This document shows positions 27,201 to 41,389 of a DNA stretch of 64,000 nucleotides, piece after piece. The DNA is taken from the NCBI GenBank assembly GCA_051362555.1, contig CM120642.1, forward strand, positions 3,286,001-3,350,000, given 5' to 3'. Position 1 is the first letter of the stretch. Each line of letters begins with the position of its first letter. The DNA is from Lingula anatina. Lineage: Eukaryota; Animalia; Brachiopoda. The notes beneath the pieces were generated by a model. That model was given only the letters and a program-made list of their open reading frames with translations, was not told the DNA's origin and did no database searches. The translations under genes were made by a program, and so were the position numbers.

Positions 27201-30200
27201 AATCAGAATAACAGAAATCCTGCTTATGTTGACTCTACTCATGCAATCGGAAGTATTCCATCACACAATCTGATGTCAAATTTGAGAAAGGTAAAGAAAT
27301 TATTCTTTCTAAAGTATTGATTTGTGACTTTGTAGAGGTTATCGCTGCCATAAATGAAGTGTTGGAAATCAGTGAGTAATTATCGTATTTTAGAACACAA
27401 GTGAAAGAGGAGTTACAGATGCGGTTATTCTCTTGTGTAATGATTGACTGGGGTATCACTGAAACAACATGGATTCTCATTAGCAATTATTATGGAAATT
27501 TAACTTAAAAATCTGCACACAAAACACTTTCGTAAAAGTGATTTTTAATATTACTATGACTTAAAGTACAGTATAGAGTTGTGATTTTTTTCCTATTTAG
27601 TACTATTTGCATCAAGTTCAGTTTTTCATTTGGAGAAAACTTGGATTTTGTGAATATCTGAACATTTTTCAAGCATAACCACTAAAAGGAAGGTCATCAA
27701 TAAATGGAGATTTACAGCCCTGTAGTCTCAAGTGATGGAGCAGTCTCAAGTGATGGATGAGCTCTCCGTAGGATGCGCAAAGATAAGCACCCAAGGAAAA
27801 TAATTTCATTTTACCAAGAGAATAGGATCTAAATGCCTCCCCAGTAATTAGTCAGTAGTCCATTGCCTTGAATTGCAGGGAGTTGGTATGTTGCTTTCCA
27901 TTAGAGTGTAGAGTTTTTTTAAGTCATTATTCTATAGGAGAGAGAGGGAAGAGAGATGAATTTTAAGTGTTTGTCAGAAGATGGTTTTCTGGAGAAAGGA
28001 GAGACCAGGGATTAAAGGTAAAAAGGTTCATTTATTTAGGAAATTACCTGGAATTTACTACAGTGGCTGATCTATAACATATTCATGTAATGCTTATTCT
28101 GGTAATTTCCCAAGTTTTTATATGAAAATATTCTGTGATGGGAAAAAGATTGAAAAAATAATTATAAGTTGACAAGAGGATATTCCATCGTCATTGAGCA
28201 ACTAGCATTTTTTCCACAGGATATAGGGAGATAAAAGAAAGTCCAAGGAACCCAGTGAATTTTTCATATATTGTTATTTATATATTTTGTGTTTTTGAGT
28301 CAGAATTTTAGTCAAAATAAATTCAAATTCTGGCAAAAAAAAATAATAATAAGTGGGCCAGAGCATGTCACATCAGTATTGTGAATCTCTGAATTCAGGA
28401 CTATCCATGATTGATGTTATTAGATTGATATATTTTCTTGTTATTATTATCATTATGATAGACATGTTATCTCCTTGATTATATGTATTCTTCATAAGTT
28501 ATTTGGTTTTGGGCATTCATCCTTTTCCTGGCAATGTCTAGCAGTCTCATTAGTGGGGATAATGGATCACTGTACTTGTCATGTCTTTGTGGATTAATTT
28601 GATGTTTTACCTGTCTGATGATGATCTAGCAGATGCACAGGTGTGATAATATTTAGAACTAATGACACATGTAATGTGGTTTACCAGTCGGTGACACATC
28701 CCAATAAATTGATCTTTTCTTTTCAAGCTTGGTTAAAAAAACAGCTTACAGCATGTTATGTTTGCAGCTGAAAAGAAGTCGTGTGATGATCAAACGCGTG
28801 TTGTGTTCCAATAGATTAAGTAGATATTTCCTTTCCTGGCTCAGGTAAATTGTGGAAGTTGTAACGCAGTGTAATGTAATGTAATGTCGTGATAACAGTA
28901 TTGTAGTAACAGCTGACCAGAGGTGGTTAGTTTGTGACCACATCAAAATGTTTCCTAGTAAAATTGCCCTTCTTGTAATTATTTGACATTTCGTGATGTG
29001 AAAAGTTTGGTGACTTAATACAATTGATTTCATGAGAGAGATAAAAAGAGAGGGATTGAATATTCATAAAAGACATAAGCCTAAAAGTGACAGCTGACTT
29101 TGTTTTAAAAAATTGATTAAAAATGAAATATATCATTTTAAATGTAAAGATGGCACTATTTTAAAATGTACTACTTAACTTCATCCTTTTTTAATATATT
29201 TATTTATTTATTCAGTTTATTTTTAGGAAAATATTCTTCATTAAAGACCTAAGTTCTAAAACTAAATTGGACAGATTATTTTATCATACCTGCACATGCT
29301 ACAAGGGTACACCTTAAGAAAGCGTGCTGTAGAACCCCTTTCTCTCACCTGCAGCTATTACCTCACTGGCTTTTGTACAGCGCCATCTGCAACAGTGAGT
29401 GGAGATCAACAGTAATTCAGAGTTGATCAAATTATATCAGAGCTCAAGTGAACAGATGGTGTGATCAGTGCTGTAATTTCAGGTGCTAGGCCCTGTGTGT
29501 CATTTAGCTGGTCATTTCTTGGCCAGTTTTGTCACCACCCTGTTAATAATCTGCTTAGAACCAGGGGGGGGCAGATGGCTTGAGACATTAATGCCCCTTC
29601 AAACATTTGAAGAAACCAATAATTTTTTGCACTGCTTGTGATTATGTCACCTCTAGAGACCATTTATTGCAATGTTGAGCTGCAGTCAGGGTGAGGATTG
29701 GGGTAATGATTGCAAATCGTTTTTGAAGATGAATAAAACACAAAGAATGGCTCCTCTATGTAGACATAAATTTATAAACAATTCTGAATGATATATGTTT
29801 TTCATTCATTCTTGATTTAAAACCTGCAATGGAATGCCAGTTTTCAGCATAATTTCTATCTCTGTTTTTACATGAGGCAGTTCCAGATATCCCTGTTTAT
29901 TCCTTTTTCACATATCTCTCAGTTTCCCTTAGACGAAATACATCAACATTATGGTTAGAAATAAGAGATGGGGCATAACAATACCAGGATTGTGATCTAG
30001 ACTTAACTCGTCAAATTGAGAAAGGTGTGGTCCGAAGTTAAGATTACCACTGTTAAGAAGATAACGTGGGATTTCCAATAGTTCTGTGTATCTAGATAGT
30101 TCAAGCACAATAGGATGACAATATTGCTTTCATCACTTCTATCTTGTCTGAGTACATTTTATTGTGTGGGGATGCTTGGCTGCAATGTATTCAACAGCTG

Positions 30201-30392
30201 TAGAAAGAACTGTCAGAACATTTTTTCATATGATCAGCTTTGTGATAACACTAAAAACGTGAGGGTTTTTGCATTTTTAATTTTCTTTATTGTGCAATAT
30301 TCAAAAGATATTTCTTTTTGAATGCCTTGGAAACTTTCTTTGCAATTTGATTGTTAAAATGTATAAACAGAACCAGTGAATTGCTTTGTCAC

Positions 30393-30558
30393 TGTTACAA
30401 CCTCAGCGACTATGTTACAGCCTCAGTGACTATGTTACAACCTCAGCGACTATGTTACAGCCTCAGTGACTATGTTACAACCTCAGCGACTATGTTACAG
30501 CCTCAGTGACTATGTTACAGCCTCAGTGACTATGTTACAACCCCAATGACAGTTACAA
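30393..30558. repeat. 20-bp minisatellite TGTTACA(A/G)CCTCAG(C/T)GACTA, 7 full units plus a degenerate tail
   Basis: Directly visible tandem array with two unit variants in the order ABABABB. Confidence 0.95.
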
Positions 30559-31602
30559 ACTGCTGTAGCGAGAGATATATACAGCAGCATTGACTCACTC
30601 AGACAAGAGAACACTGCAGTATCAAAATTATTGTTGGCTACTGCCATGGATATTGTTGAAACAATGACTCACTGTAACAAGGACTAGGATAACTGTTGGC
30701 TGCTGCTATAGGAGTGACCAGAGCTTGTGACTCACTCCACCCGGCAATCTAATAACATGAGGTAGGGTTACACTAGTGGGAATTAGGTCTGTTTTCAATT
30801 AACTCTAGTGGCATGATTTTGTTAGTGTGTGGCTGAAATATAGCCCAGCCACTTAATTCTGGGGCAGGGACATGTGGTGGCTGGTGATGTACTGTTGTCA
30901 AGTGTAGGTTGCAGTTTTTCCATGTGACGTTTTTGGGGAGTGAGTTGGTGTGAGAAGAGAGAGCCAGCAGGAATGGAGTTTATCAGGTAGGCCATTTGGT
31001 TCAGTGATTATTGAAATGGAAAGTTATGAGTGGGTCGAAATTGATTATGCCTAATTAAAGGCTCTGACCGCTTTGTGACTTTCACAGTTAGTTAACTGCC
31101 ATGTGTTAAAGTTAGTTGGTTATAGAATCGGCTGTTATAATCGGTCAGATGATTCTGATAAAGAGTTTATGACTTATGACCAAGCTGGCTAAAATCAACC
31201 GCTCTCAAACAGCTGGTCAGTTGTAAGTGTCCAACAAGCATCGGCTGCAGATGAGGTGGACAGAAGAAGATTGAACAGTTCCGAATGAACTTTTTCTCTG
31301 CCTAAAAAAGTTTCTAAATGAAACAGCCATGACGTGCTGAAGAAGATCAGTGTCTGTGGCTTTGCGAAAAAAAGCTACAGCTGCTGCATAGGAATTATCA
31401 TATATTTTAATTGGAATGAAAATCTTTGGCATATATTGAGCATCTTGTCATGATTATTGTCACGAGAGAAATCAAAAACTTGTGCCGTGTAACAGCAGGC
31501 CACACATAGTACAACGGCGACGACAGAAGACAAGTACAAAGAATGCCTTGGTGGATGGCGCCATTAAATTGACTTGTTGTTGTGTGTTTTATTGGTCTGA
31601 AG

Positions 31603-31652
31603 ATGAAGAGTATGATAGAGATTTATCGTGAATATGATGCCAGACTGATGGA
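31603..31652 (+). CDS. Candidate alternative first coding exon D (MKSMIEIYREYDARLM-E)
   Basis: aagATG after an in-frame TGA at 31570, consensus donor GA|GTAAGT in phase 2 matching 32759; preceded by a CpG-containing stretch (about 31030-31630). Confidence 0.55.
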
Positions 31653-32758
31653 GTAAGTGGCAACAATTTCTTCTGGAAGATCCTGATATATAAATTATCA
31701 TTAGTATTATAATGATTATCATTGGTATTAACCTTGGTAAAAACAGTAAGTATGAATATGTATGGTGATAACAGTAAGTGTAAAAATATCTTCCCAGGTA
31801 GTGTTTATAAGGTGGAAACATAGTCTGTAACTGCCAGTTAGAATGGAGATATAGGGAAAGAGGAAAGTGCAAGTCTCTTTAAAGTGTTGACTTTGTGTAG
31901 CATTTACTGATGTTTAAGCTACTTACTTTGGCAAATTACTACCCAATGAAATGACATTTATTTATCAGTTGATCATTGGAAAAATGAGCTTGAGTTGTCG
32001 TGTTAGGACTTAAAGATTTTCTGAGTTTTAACTGTATAAACTAAGAAGTGTCTTGTGATTAGGAAATATTATATGTTCAATAAGTTCACAATTCAAACAG
32101 AGAAGTATTTCAAAGAACTTTAAAGATTCAATCAAATGAACTGATAGGTGGAAATAACTGTGGGTTACCTAGGTGTGCTACCCCTGATGTATATTTGAGA
32201 TCTGAACTATGGGCAGATGTGAATAAGATTATGACTGAAGCCTCTGGTGGAGGAGACTAAATATTTTAAGTGATCCATGAAATCGCATTCCTAAATCATG
32301 TGATTTGTAATTCGTGGTATTTCTGTGCTGCTGTCTGAAAAGTGTATACAGTATTCTACTAACCAGGACATATTACGTGTGTGCATGGTTTTATTGGTAT
32401 ACATGTTAATTCCAGCTGGTCTAAGTTTGTATTGTTATTGTCTGAATGGCGTGATTACTTCTCTCGTGTCAATATGGTGGTGATGTGGAACGTGGTTGGG
32501 AAAGTATTTTTGTAAAGCATGGATAATTTCCTGTCTGATTTTTACAGGGAAAAATAAGAAAAAATACAATAAAGATACATCTTATTAAGAGTAGTGATGA
32601 ATAAATAGCAAGAAAATTAGTAACATCATTAAAAACAGTATAAAACTTTATTTTCAGTCAAAATATACATTGCAGTTGCAGTTTCCTATATTTCAATCAT
32701 CACCAAAATTCAAACAAAATTGTTTCTGTCTAATCACACATTTTTGTCCATCTTTCAG

Positions 32759-32980
32759 AAATCTAATCAACAGTCGTCTGCGCACCTCGAGGTCCCATGA
32801 GTCTTTGCTTCACCCCCTGTCCAGCATGCACTCTGTGGACCTGAGCGCGCCAGACATCCAGATCAAGCCACTCCACAGCAGTATCCTGGGACAAGACCAC
32901 TGTTTTCAGGTGTCCACCAGTAACGGGACAAAATACTACTCCTGTCGGACGGCAGAGGAGAGACAGAAGTGGATTGAATG
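32759..32980 (+). CDS. RasGAP exon, C-terminal part of the PH domain (NLINSRLRTSRSHESLL...CRTAEERQKWIE)
   Basis: tctttcag acceptor, TG|GTAGGC donor, phase 2 to 2; family PH motifs. Confidence 0.95.
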
Positions 32981-35648
32981 GTAGGCTGTTTTCTGCTATA
33001 TTTCGAGTCAGAGAATTATGTATAATCTTGGTGTATTCTTGAAAAGTGGAAAATTATTGTTAGCTGAAGTAATTGAGTTCAGTATTGGTAAAAAAAGGAG
33101 TTGTCTCTCTTTACAAACAAGGTAGCTTGTTTTCACAGTAATTCACATGGTTATGATTACACCATGTTAGATATGGTTAAGTAATGCCTTACTCCATAAT
33201 TGTTAGACTAGAGGTGAGGGAAAAATAGAATTAAAGCCTGGAATGTAGTTTTATGAGAAAAATAATCGAAAAAATTGGGAGACAGTATTATTCATTCTCT
33301 GTGTATGTGTCAAAATGATTTATGATTGGTTTTCATTTGCTAGACAGTCTTATATCACTGGCTGTAGTTCAATAGCTGTTTTTGTAGAACATTCATTATA
33401 CAACTGCATTAAGTTCTAGGTGTTTGTGTACAAAATATGCCATCTCATGCTAACATGGAAAAAGCTTCCAAAAACATGTTGCATGACCTCATGTTGACTG
33501 TTGTTGTAGTTGTTAACAAGATGAACAGATTGTAAGACAGATATTTTCTCTTTTTTTGCTTTTGGAGAAAAAAATTCTTGAATCAAAAAGGTGTTACAGA
33601 TTTCCATACTGCTGAGCAGTGTCATATATCCATGTCAAGTGTAAAAACTATGATTGATGAAAATTAATTTTTAACCAACAGATTATGTTTTCTACATTGG
33701 ATTCAGGCAATAAGTGAGATGATCTTGAATGAGAAAATTGACATTTTTCATTGTCATATTTGAGCAGAGTGGTGTTACAGTTATCATGTCAGCTCCCTGA
33801 GTCAGTGCATTTGCCATGGCTCTCGTCACATCAGCTTTGAATTCTTGTGGTTCCATAACCTCTGAAACAGTTGAGGATTTTAAGCAAGTTTTTGTGAATG
33901 CTAGTCATCGTAAGTTGATCCTTCAGTTTGCCATGTCAGCCAGTAAACTGATAAAGATTTGGAGACATTTAAGTTGACATCAAGTGTTTACCAAAAAAGT
34001 CTTTATTTCTCATTCATCATAAGGGTAGTTACTGAGTCTACCTTCTTGAGGACTCTAACTCTGCATTGTCAGTTTGGCATGGAGTAAAAAAAAAAACTAC
34101 ATGTCACAAATATTCAGTCATTTATTCCAACATATGTCCCTATTTTGGCCAAAGTAATTGAAGAAATTCAGCTGGTTTGCATGTCATGAGAAACATTGCA
34201 TGCTAGTGAGGAAATCCATTCTGCCATGAACTTTATTCATGTTGAAGTTGCTCGTTCAAAACACACGCTAAGTCTGTTCTGCAAAACATCCTTGACATCA
34301 TCAAGAATCTACATGTGAAGGATTATTGAAGCACCTAATCATTGTCTGTTCTAATAAATACAGCAGGCTGTGTGGTTTGATTGTGTATGAAGGCTGAACA
34401 TTGCAGCAACTACCGCAGGTCACAACCAGCACAATTGTGATTGTATGCAGCACAACTAACACAATCACAGCCACAGTCTTGTATGTGTTCACCTTATGAT
34501 AAGTAACATGAAAACCTGTCTTACAAACTGTGCCACTTCATTTCGGATTTATGCAAACAAATGAATTAATCAGTTTTAGTTACACTGGCATATACATTTT
34601 CTTCTTCTTGATTGATAAAATGAAATCTTTCTTTGCAATGTTAGTTTATAGTTTAAGATGCGTGTCTTGCTAATAAAACATCTTAAAATAAAATAACTAT
34701 GATCATTAAGAAATAACAGTGATAAGTGGAATTAGATTTTAACATTTTCAAGTTGGTTGTATCAAAAATGAACATGCTTATATCCTTTTGTTTTGGACAA
34801 CCAGACCTTCTTCTGAAGACACTGTTTTAACTGTGAAACATTTCCTTCTCAAGTTTCCTATATCGCTGTGCTAGACAGACTGTTTAACCTTTTTGAGATA
34901 ATCACATATCAAAAGTAGATCATTTATGCAAGAAGAACAAAGTCCCCAATAACAATTGAAGATATGATAGTAATACTTAAACAAAGGGCAGTAGGGTCTT
35001 TTTCTCATCCAAGCTGCTGACCATTAAAAAAGGTGATCAGTTGTTTTGTTATACCCATGATGTATAAAGTTGCCAGGTGAATATTCAGTCCAAGTTGTGA
35101 TAGCTTAGAAAAACTATCTAGGATACTTTGATTTTGATTATTTTAAAAAAAAATTAGGGTACCACTAAAATGACATGGGACTGACTAGAATTGTAATATA
35201 TTAATTGTTGGAATAGCAGACATTAGATTACTTACCCATGGATACAAGATATAATCACAATGTCTACAGAGATATTAGAGAAATAAATGAAGCTGTCACA
35301 ACTTGACTGGAAATACAGCCACTAATAGAACTTTTTCCAGTCCAGACTGATCTGTAGTATGATCAGGTTTGTCATACCTCATGTAAGACAGAAACCAAAT
35401 ATTCCCATCTCTGGTTATTTATGGCCATTTGTGTTCTAAGTGAAAACAAGGCAATGTGACAGCAGACCCCATCTCCTTCCATCCCAAACCATGATTTACA
35501 GGCATTTGGCAGATCCAACAAATACTGTTTTATTCACAGCCAGACATCAGGGGTAATAAATCTTGGCTGATAGCAGCAGGTTTTTCCCAGCTGAAATCTT
35601 TTTCTGCTATGTATTATCTTTTTATTTGATAAAAGAAATCCAGTGCCT

Positions 35649-35649
<1 letters not shown>

Positions 35650-35684
<35 letters not shown>
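35650..35684. repeat. (CT)n microsatellite
   Basis: About 17 units. Confidence 0.95.
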
Positions 35685-35687
<3 letters not shown>

Positions 35688-36363
35688 CAATTAGTTGAGT
35701 ATTTTGACAGGTTGAGTACTCTATCCACACCACCCCATTTCTATAAATTTAATATACCAAATAACCAAAGCATTGTTAACCATTGTCATATAATATTCAG
35801 ATATTGCATTCTGTATATATTGTTTTCTCAAGAAAAACCTGTTGATTTTTTTTTAATTTTTAAAACACAATTATCTTCATATATAACTTGCAACTGCGAA
35901 AAGTTGGAAAATGTGCAATGAATTAAGACTATAGTATTAAAATGTTACATGGTAGACAAAAGGCAAAATTAAAAGTTTCAGTGAAAGCTGGGAGTTAAAT
36001 CATTAATAGCCCATCCAGTTTATTATGACACATGCTAGACATAAACATTGTAATTAACCCCGCCACCTTTTATCCAGGTTCTTTTCTCCAGATAAGTGAA
36101 CTGTATATTGGACGTGTAATTATAGAAGTGAACAATATGAGAAATTACAGGCACAACATGCCATAACCAGCTTGTCACTTTTTATCAGGAGCCATGTTTT
36201 AATTAAGAGATAAGCCGACTCTTGGCTGGCGGCTTTGTAATTATGATGTTGTACAGGTAAATATGAGGGAATAACACAGCCAATCCAAACATTGAATAAG
36301 TTAATCAGCCTTCTGTCTGTTATTTGTTGTAGTTTGACTATTGTAACATACAATATTAAACTG

Positions 36364-36401
36364 AAACAAATGTGACAACCTCAAACAAATGTGACAACCT
36401 C
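36364..36401. repeat. 19-bp tandem duplication AAACAAATGTGACAACCTC x2
   Basis: Two exact adjacent copies. Confidence 0.85.
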
Positions 36402-39400
36402 AGTAATGGGGCAGTTATGAAAAGGGGTGGGGGGCTTAATTTCCCAAGTCTGCCAGTATATTCAAACTAGAGGACATTCCAAGAACACAACCCTCCAACA
36501 AGGAAAAAGTTAAATTATTTTTAGAATATCAATGTACTTGCATTCAGTTAAAATTATAATTCCTACCATCCCTCCTGAAAACCTGTCTATCCTGACCATT
36601 TCATCAAACTTTGTTATTAAGTTTATGAGACATCCATTTATAAACAAACATACTGTTGCTTATGAAAATGTAACCTACTTCATTGTGTCAGATCATAACA
36701 TGTACAATATGAGGATGTGCACCATTACAAGGTTGACAGTCTTTTATCTGTGTACCTATTTTAAACTTGACAATAATGATGTAGAGGAGCTGTGACTTAA
36801 CAAGCCTGACAGTCCTTTATCTGGGTCCTTAGTTAGCAGATAGTTATCCCAGTCTGGGACCCAGTGCCCAGGTATATTGGTTATCTCCATACAAAAGGCC
36901 TCCCAAACAATGCAGTAGAAAGTTAGACTGGCTGAAGTTACAGTTGGAGAGATAAAAGACCCTTGAGGGAGATAAGATGATCAGGGCAGTGTGGATCAGA
37001 TAAGGTACCCACCCTCTGTTCCACTTCACTGCAGGTTTAAACAGCAGAGAAAAGAGAGCATGGGAGCCTCTTGAGCTAGGTTTAATGTGCACTTTCTCTA
37101 CACAGAGCTGATTTTTTTTTTTTTTTTTTTTTGAAAATTTTCAAATCAAATGGAATAAGATAATGATAAAAATCAGTGTTTTTTTTTTGTTTTTTTTTTT
37201 ACTGTTCAGATATGATTGAAATAATAGCGGAACAGTTGAGGAATCAAATAAATATTTTTATTTTAAGGAGATAAATATTTTGATAGATTATAACCTTGTA
37301 GGACATGTAGTCCTAAATTAAATTAATTGGATAATTTTCAGTTTGCTTTTCAATTTTCAAAGTAAATATAACAATATGTATTTGGTTTATTAAAACAAAA
37401 CAAGGTTCATGAAATACTGCCAAAATGTAGAAGAACTGAGTGAAATAAAAAAAAAAACAGGCTAAGCAAATAGTTGGTCCCTTGAGGAGTTTCTTCAATA
37501 ATACCACTTTTACGCCTGTAGTCTTTGAACACTGCATCCATCTACTGGAACAGCAGATGTACTCAGCTGGGTTTGGCACTACCTCAAAGATTTCACTCTG
37601 TTTTGAAAAGCCACTTTAACTAATAAATTGCTCTAATTTTCCCCCACTTCCCACACAGCAGATGGGCATCAAAAGGGGGTTTTCCCCTCCTGACCAACCA
37701 GAACAATGCTGCTGCTGTTATTTGTGAGTAGAACCTCTCAAGCCAGTCAAAGCTGAGCTCTTAATTGCCTTCTCTGACCTCATCTCTTTACCATGTCTCA
37801 GATCAGCTAAGATAACTGAGATGTGACATAGTATTTAATGAGGACATAAGGGAACTTTCCTCTCTGACCTCAGCAAAAGGAGCATCATCTCATTCAAGAA
37901 CAGTGTAAAAATATTGGCTCTTTTTGAGCCCTGACGTAACTTGGGAATATCACGTAGTAAAAGGCAGCCAACGTGTACCAAGTGAGCCCCAAAGGCTGTT
38001 TATGTGAGGGAAGTAGGACCCCCCTCCTCTGCTGCTGAGAGTAATAGCACTGACTAGCTGTGTAGGCAGTTCAGTCCAATAGATAGCGTGCTGTGATAAC
38101 AACTGCTGGTTTAGGATACATACAGTCAGTGTTGACATGAAAGGCTGAGACAAAAGATGTACCCAAGCCAGGACTGGTTTTAAATGTCACAAAATGAGGT
38201 AGGTTTTGGTCAAGTTGGTAGTTTTGTAAATTGACATGGGTATTAACTTGAGTTTTTGTATCAAGTTCTAGATGGAGATGTTTTGACCTGGTTTGCTGTA
38301 CAAGTAAATGTGTGATGTTGCTCTCTGATTTCACTGGCATCAGTGCTGGCTGGTGTGGCTGGGTTTGGTGGGTTTAAGGCATTCAAGTGAAGAATTAAAG
38401 TTGATTTAATACATACTTGTCTGATATGCAGTTCAACTATGAAGTTCATGTTTCTGTCAGATGTTTGATCTAGAGTTTTGACATGAGGTGGGTTTGGGTG
38501 GAATTAATCAGCAGTTTAGCTCAAGCCTGGTTGTACAGTAACAGATATCATGGTTATTATTGTGGCTATGTGTTGTGTGTTAGGAAGTGGACTCAAGTTT
38601 GACACTAATGCACTGTATGGCTGTTTCAGTCAGTTCCGATCCAACATTTCCCAGGCTTGGTGAAATAATAGGCATGGTAAAGTAATGACACATACTGGGT
38701 CAGTGCACTTTATTCATTTACTATTAAACAGGCCATGGCCTTGAGGTTATTCATATCATCCATGAAAAATGAAATCATATATCATATGGAGATTTGTAAC
38801 TATCTATGCCCCCTTGGAAAGTGACACATTAAGAATGGCTCCATGTTCAAAGCATTTATGGCAAAGGGTTTAACACATATGCTCCTTGCATGATAGATGA
38901 AGGCATATGTTACATATTGCGAATATTTTCCTAACAGAGGGAATGAAAACCTCAATTGGAAAGCTCCAAATGTCACATCACTGTCTATATAACATATATT
39001 GATCTTTCATCACCTTTTTTTATTGATTGATTATAGTTCAAAGCTCAAGAATATTAGGCACAACTTTGGACTGATATTTGAATTTGTGTTTTTGGATGAC
39101 ATATTTAACATTTTAACTCTGTGGCTTATTTTGAGACTGACCTTTCTGATCTATTATCTTAACAAAAGCTTGACATTTCCATATTGTATTGTGTGCCATA
39201 GTGAAGAACATCTGTTCAACTTCTGAAGTGTCATTGACATCATATTTTAATTTTTAACTAAGATATTAATTAGATCAGATGTACCAAAGGGAATTAAGTT
39301 CACATTTTTAAAACCACAAGGTTAAAGAAAGAAGTATCAGATTTAATACATATTCCTACTGCCTACTGCTGCAATTGAAAACCTCTTTCCTTTGCATTTT

Positions 39401-40128
39401 GGAGCTTCTGGGAACAGTTTGGAGGTTGGGAAGGGGGGGGGGTGCTGGTTCTGAACATCAGGTCCATCACTGGGTACATCATCTGGGGGCTTTTAAAAGT
39501 TTTCCCAAAATTTAAACAGTTCATCCTTTTTTGTGTAATTGCAAGTTGTTAGTAAACTAGACAGATATGTCACAGATAGACTGCACTATAATAAATGGGG
39601 AGGAAGAGATTTTCACTAGAAAATAGCCTGAATACATATAATGTTGGGAAGTATATGGCAATGGTTCCCATATAAATATGCATGTCTAATTAGTATGGAA
39701 GGAAGTGATAAAGCTGCCTTACATGTGTGTATTTATAAAAGCAAAATGAGAAAAGTCGCTCGCATATTTAAGACAGGATATGAAGGCCTTTAGAAACATG
39801 AATATTGCAGAAATGATGGATATATTTTTGCATGTATGTCACTTTTGATGGCAGTCTATCTAAATCATTCTGAATCTTAGTCATCTTGTGTTTTATTAAT
39901 TTTGTATGAAATGGCATGGAACAACTTGAAGCCAAATTAATACATCCTAAGATCAAATCATAATTAGTCTGACATTATATTAGCATGTTAAGTTGTATAA
40001 CAGAGAACCTCGGCTTATTCTCTAATGAAGTATTGATATCAGATTATGCAAGATACCATAGAGTACAATCATTTTGATGTTTGTATTTCGTTTATTAACT
40101 GATACTAAAAGGATATGTCTGTTTTCAG

Positions 40129-40230
40129 TTTACGCAAGACAGTTCATCCAAATCAAGAGCAGAGTCGGAGGACAGACAACTCCTTTCAGTTGTGGATTTT
40201 AGAGGCTAAAAATGTCACTTCTAAGAAAAG
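40129..40230 (+). CDS. RasGAP exon, PH to C2 junction ([34 protein letters not shown])
   Basis: gttttcag acceptor, AG|GTGAGT donor, phase 2 to 2. Confidence 0.95.
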
Positions 40231-40317
40231 GTGAGTTTTCTTGTGAGCAGAAGTCAGCCCTGCAGGCACCATTTTCACATACAGACATTACTTCAATATG
40301 GATAAAACTAGGAAAAG

Positions 40318-40354
<37 letters not shown>

Positions 40355-41389
40355 TAAATGATACAGATCTCTATATATTGATAAGGACTAAGGACAAAAG
40401 TTGAAGCTGTATAGATGTTATTGAAGATTGTGGTGGAAGTTGGCCCTTGCATGGTCACACCAATCATTTGGTATCACAAAGCACTGAAGGATTCTAAAAA
40501 AGCAGCAAAAATCTGGTAACACTTGGTCATTTCCCTTAGCACAGCTTTTAAGTTCAACAACACACAATGGAATTAGCAAAGGATTTGCAAAATGATACTT
40601 GTTATTTCCTCATTATTCTTTTCCTTCTTCACCTAAATGGGTAAAGGATACTCGGAGACAGATTTGGCCCTTCTCTTTACATGTGTTGTTTCACTGATGA
40701 AAACAATACACATGGTTAGAAAAAATAAACTGAACTGGACCACACAGAGAAGTAAAAACACACCCCTCCCAAGCTGTGACAGGTCACACATTTGGTCCAC
40801 CTGATGACCATACAACTGGATGCACCGCAGTGTTGAGGTGTTAATAAGTGCACTGGATGATTTCTCTGAAGAGAAGGACAGAACCACTTTTGATACCACA
40901 CTCTGCCATACGCTGACATTATGGAAATACCATTTCGACCCAAATAATGCTTCTTTCTAACTTTTTTCTATCAGCTCAGGATTTTTTCTTTTTTTGGATT
41001 TTCATTATGAAAATGTAACATATTTGGGAAGTTTTCAATGATGTTCATTTGATATGCAGAAGAACACCTCTGTCTTCATAGCTTTTTAAAGATCGGTTTG
41101 ATTACCCCCTACAGTGGATAGATATATTTTATTTGTACATTGAGCAGGAAATGGCGTGATTAACTGTCATCATCCACTTCATCTGCCCATCATGGATTAG
41201 AGGCGAGGTCAGAGGTCAAATACACGGGGTGGTAAAGTACAATACATGGCCCGGTGGGTGGGTGGGGGTCAGTTACTGACCGTCCTCATTGTAATGCAAT
41301 GGGGCTATACGCGGAGCCGTTTGTCCTAAAGAGGGCGCTGGGGTAATAGTGGTTATTGAAGATAGCCTCGTTTTCGCGTCCGTGTAGAA

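Noticed and set aside
30393-30558. Regular repeat array as a possible CRISPR
   Set aside because: Units are contiguous with no unique spacers, the context is a eukaryotic intron and there are no cas genes; it is a minisatellite.
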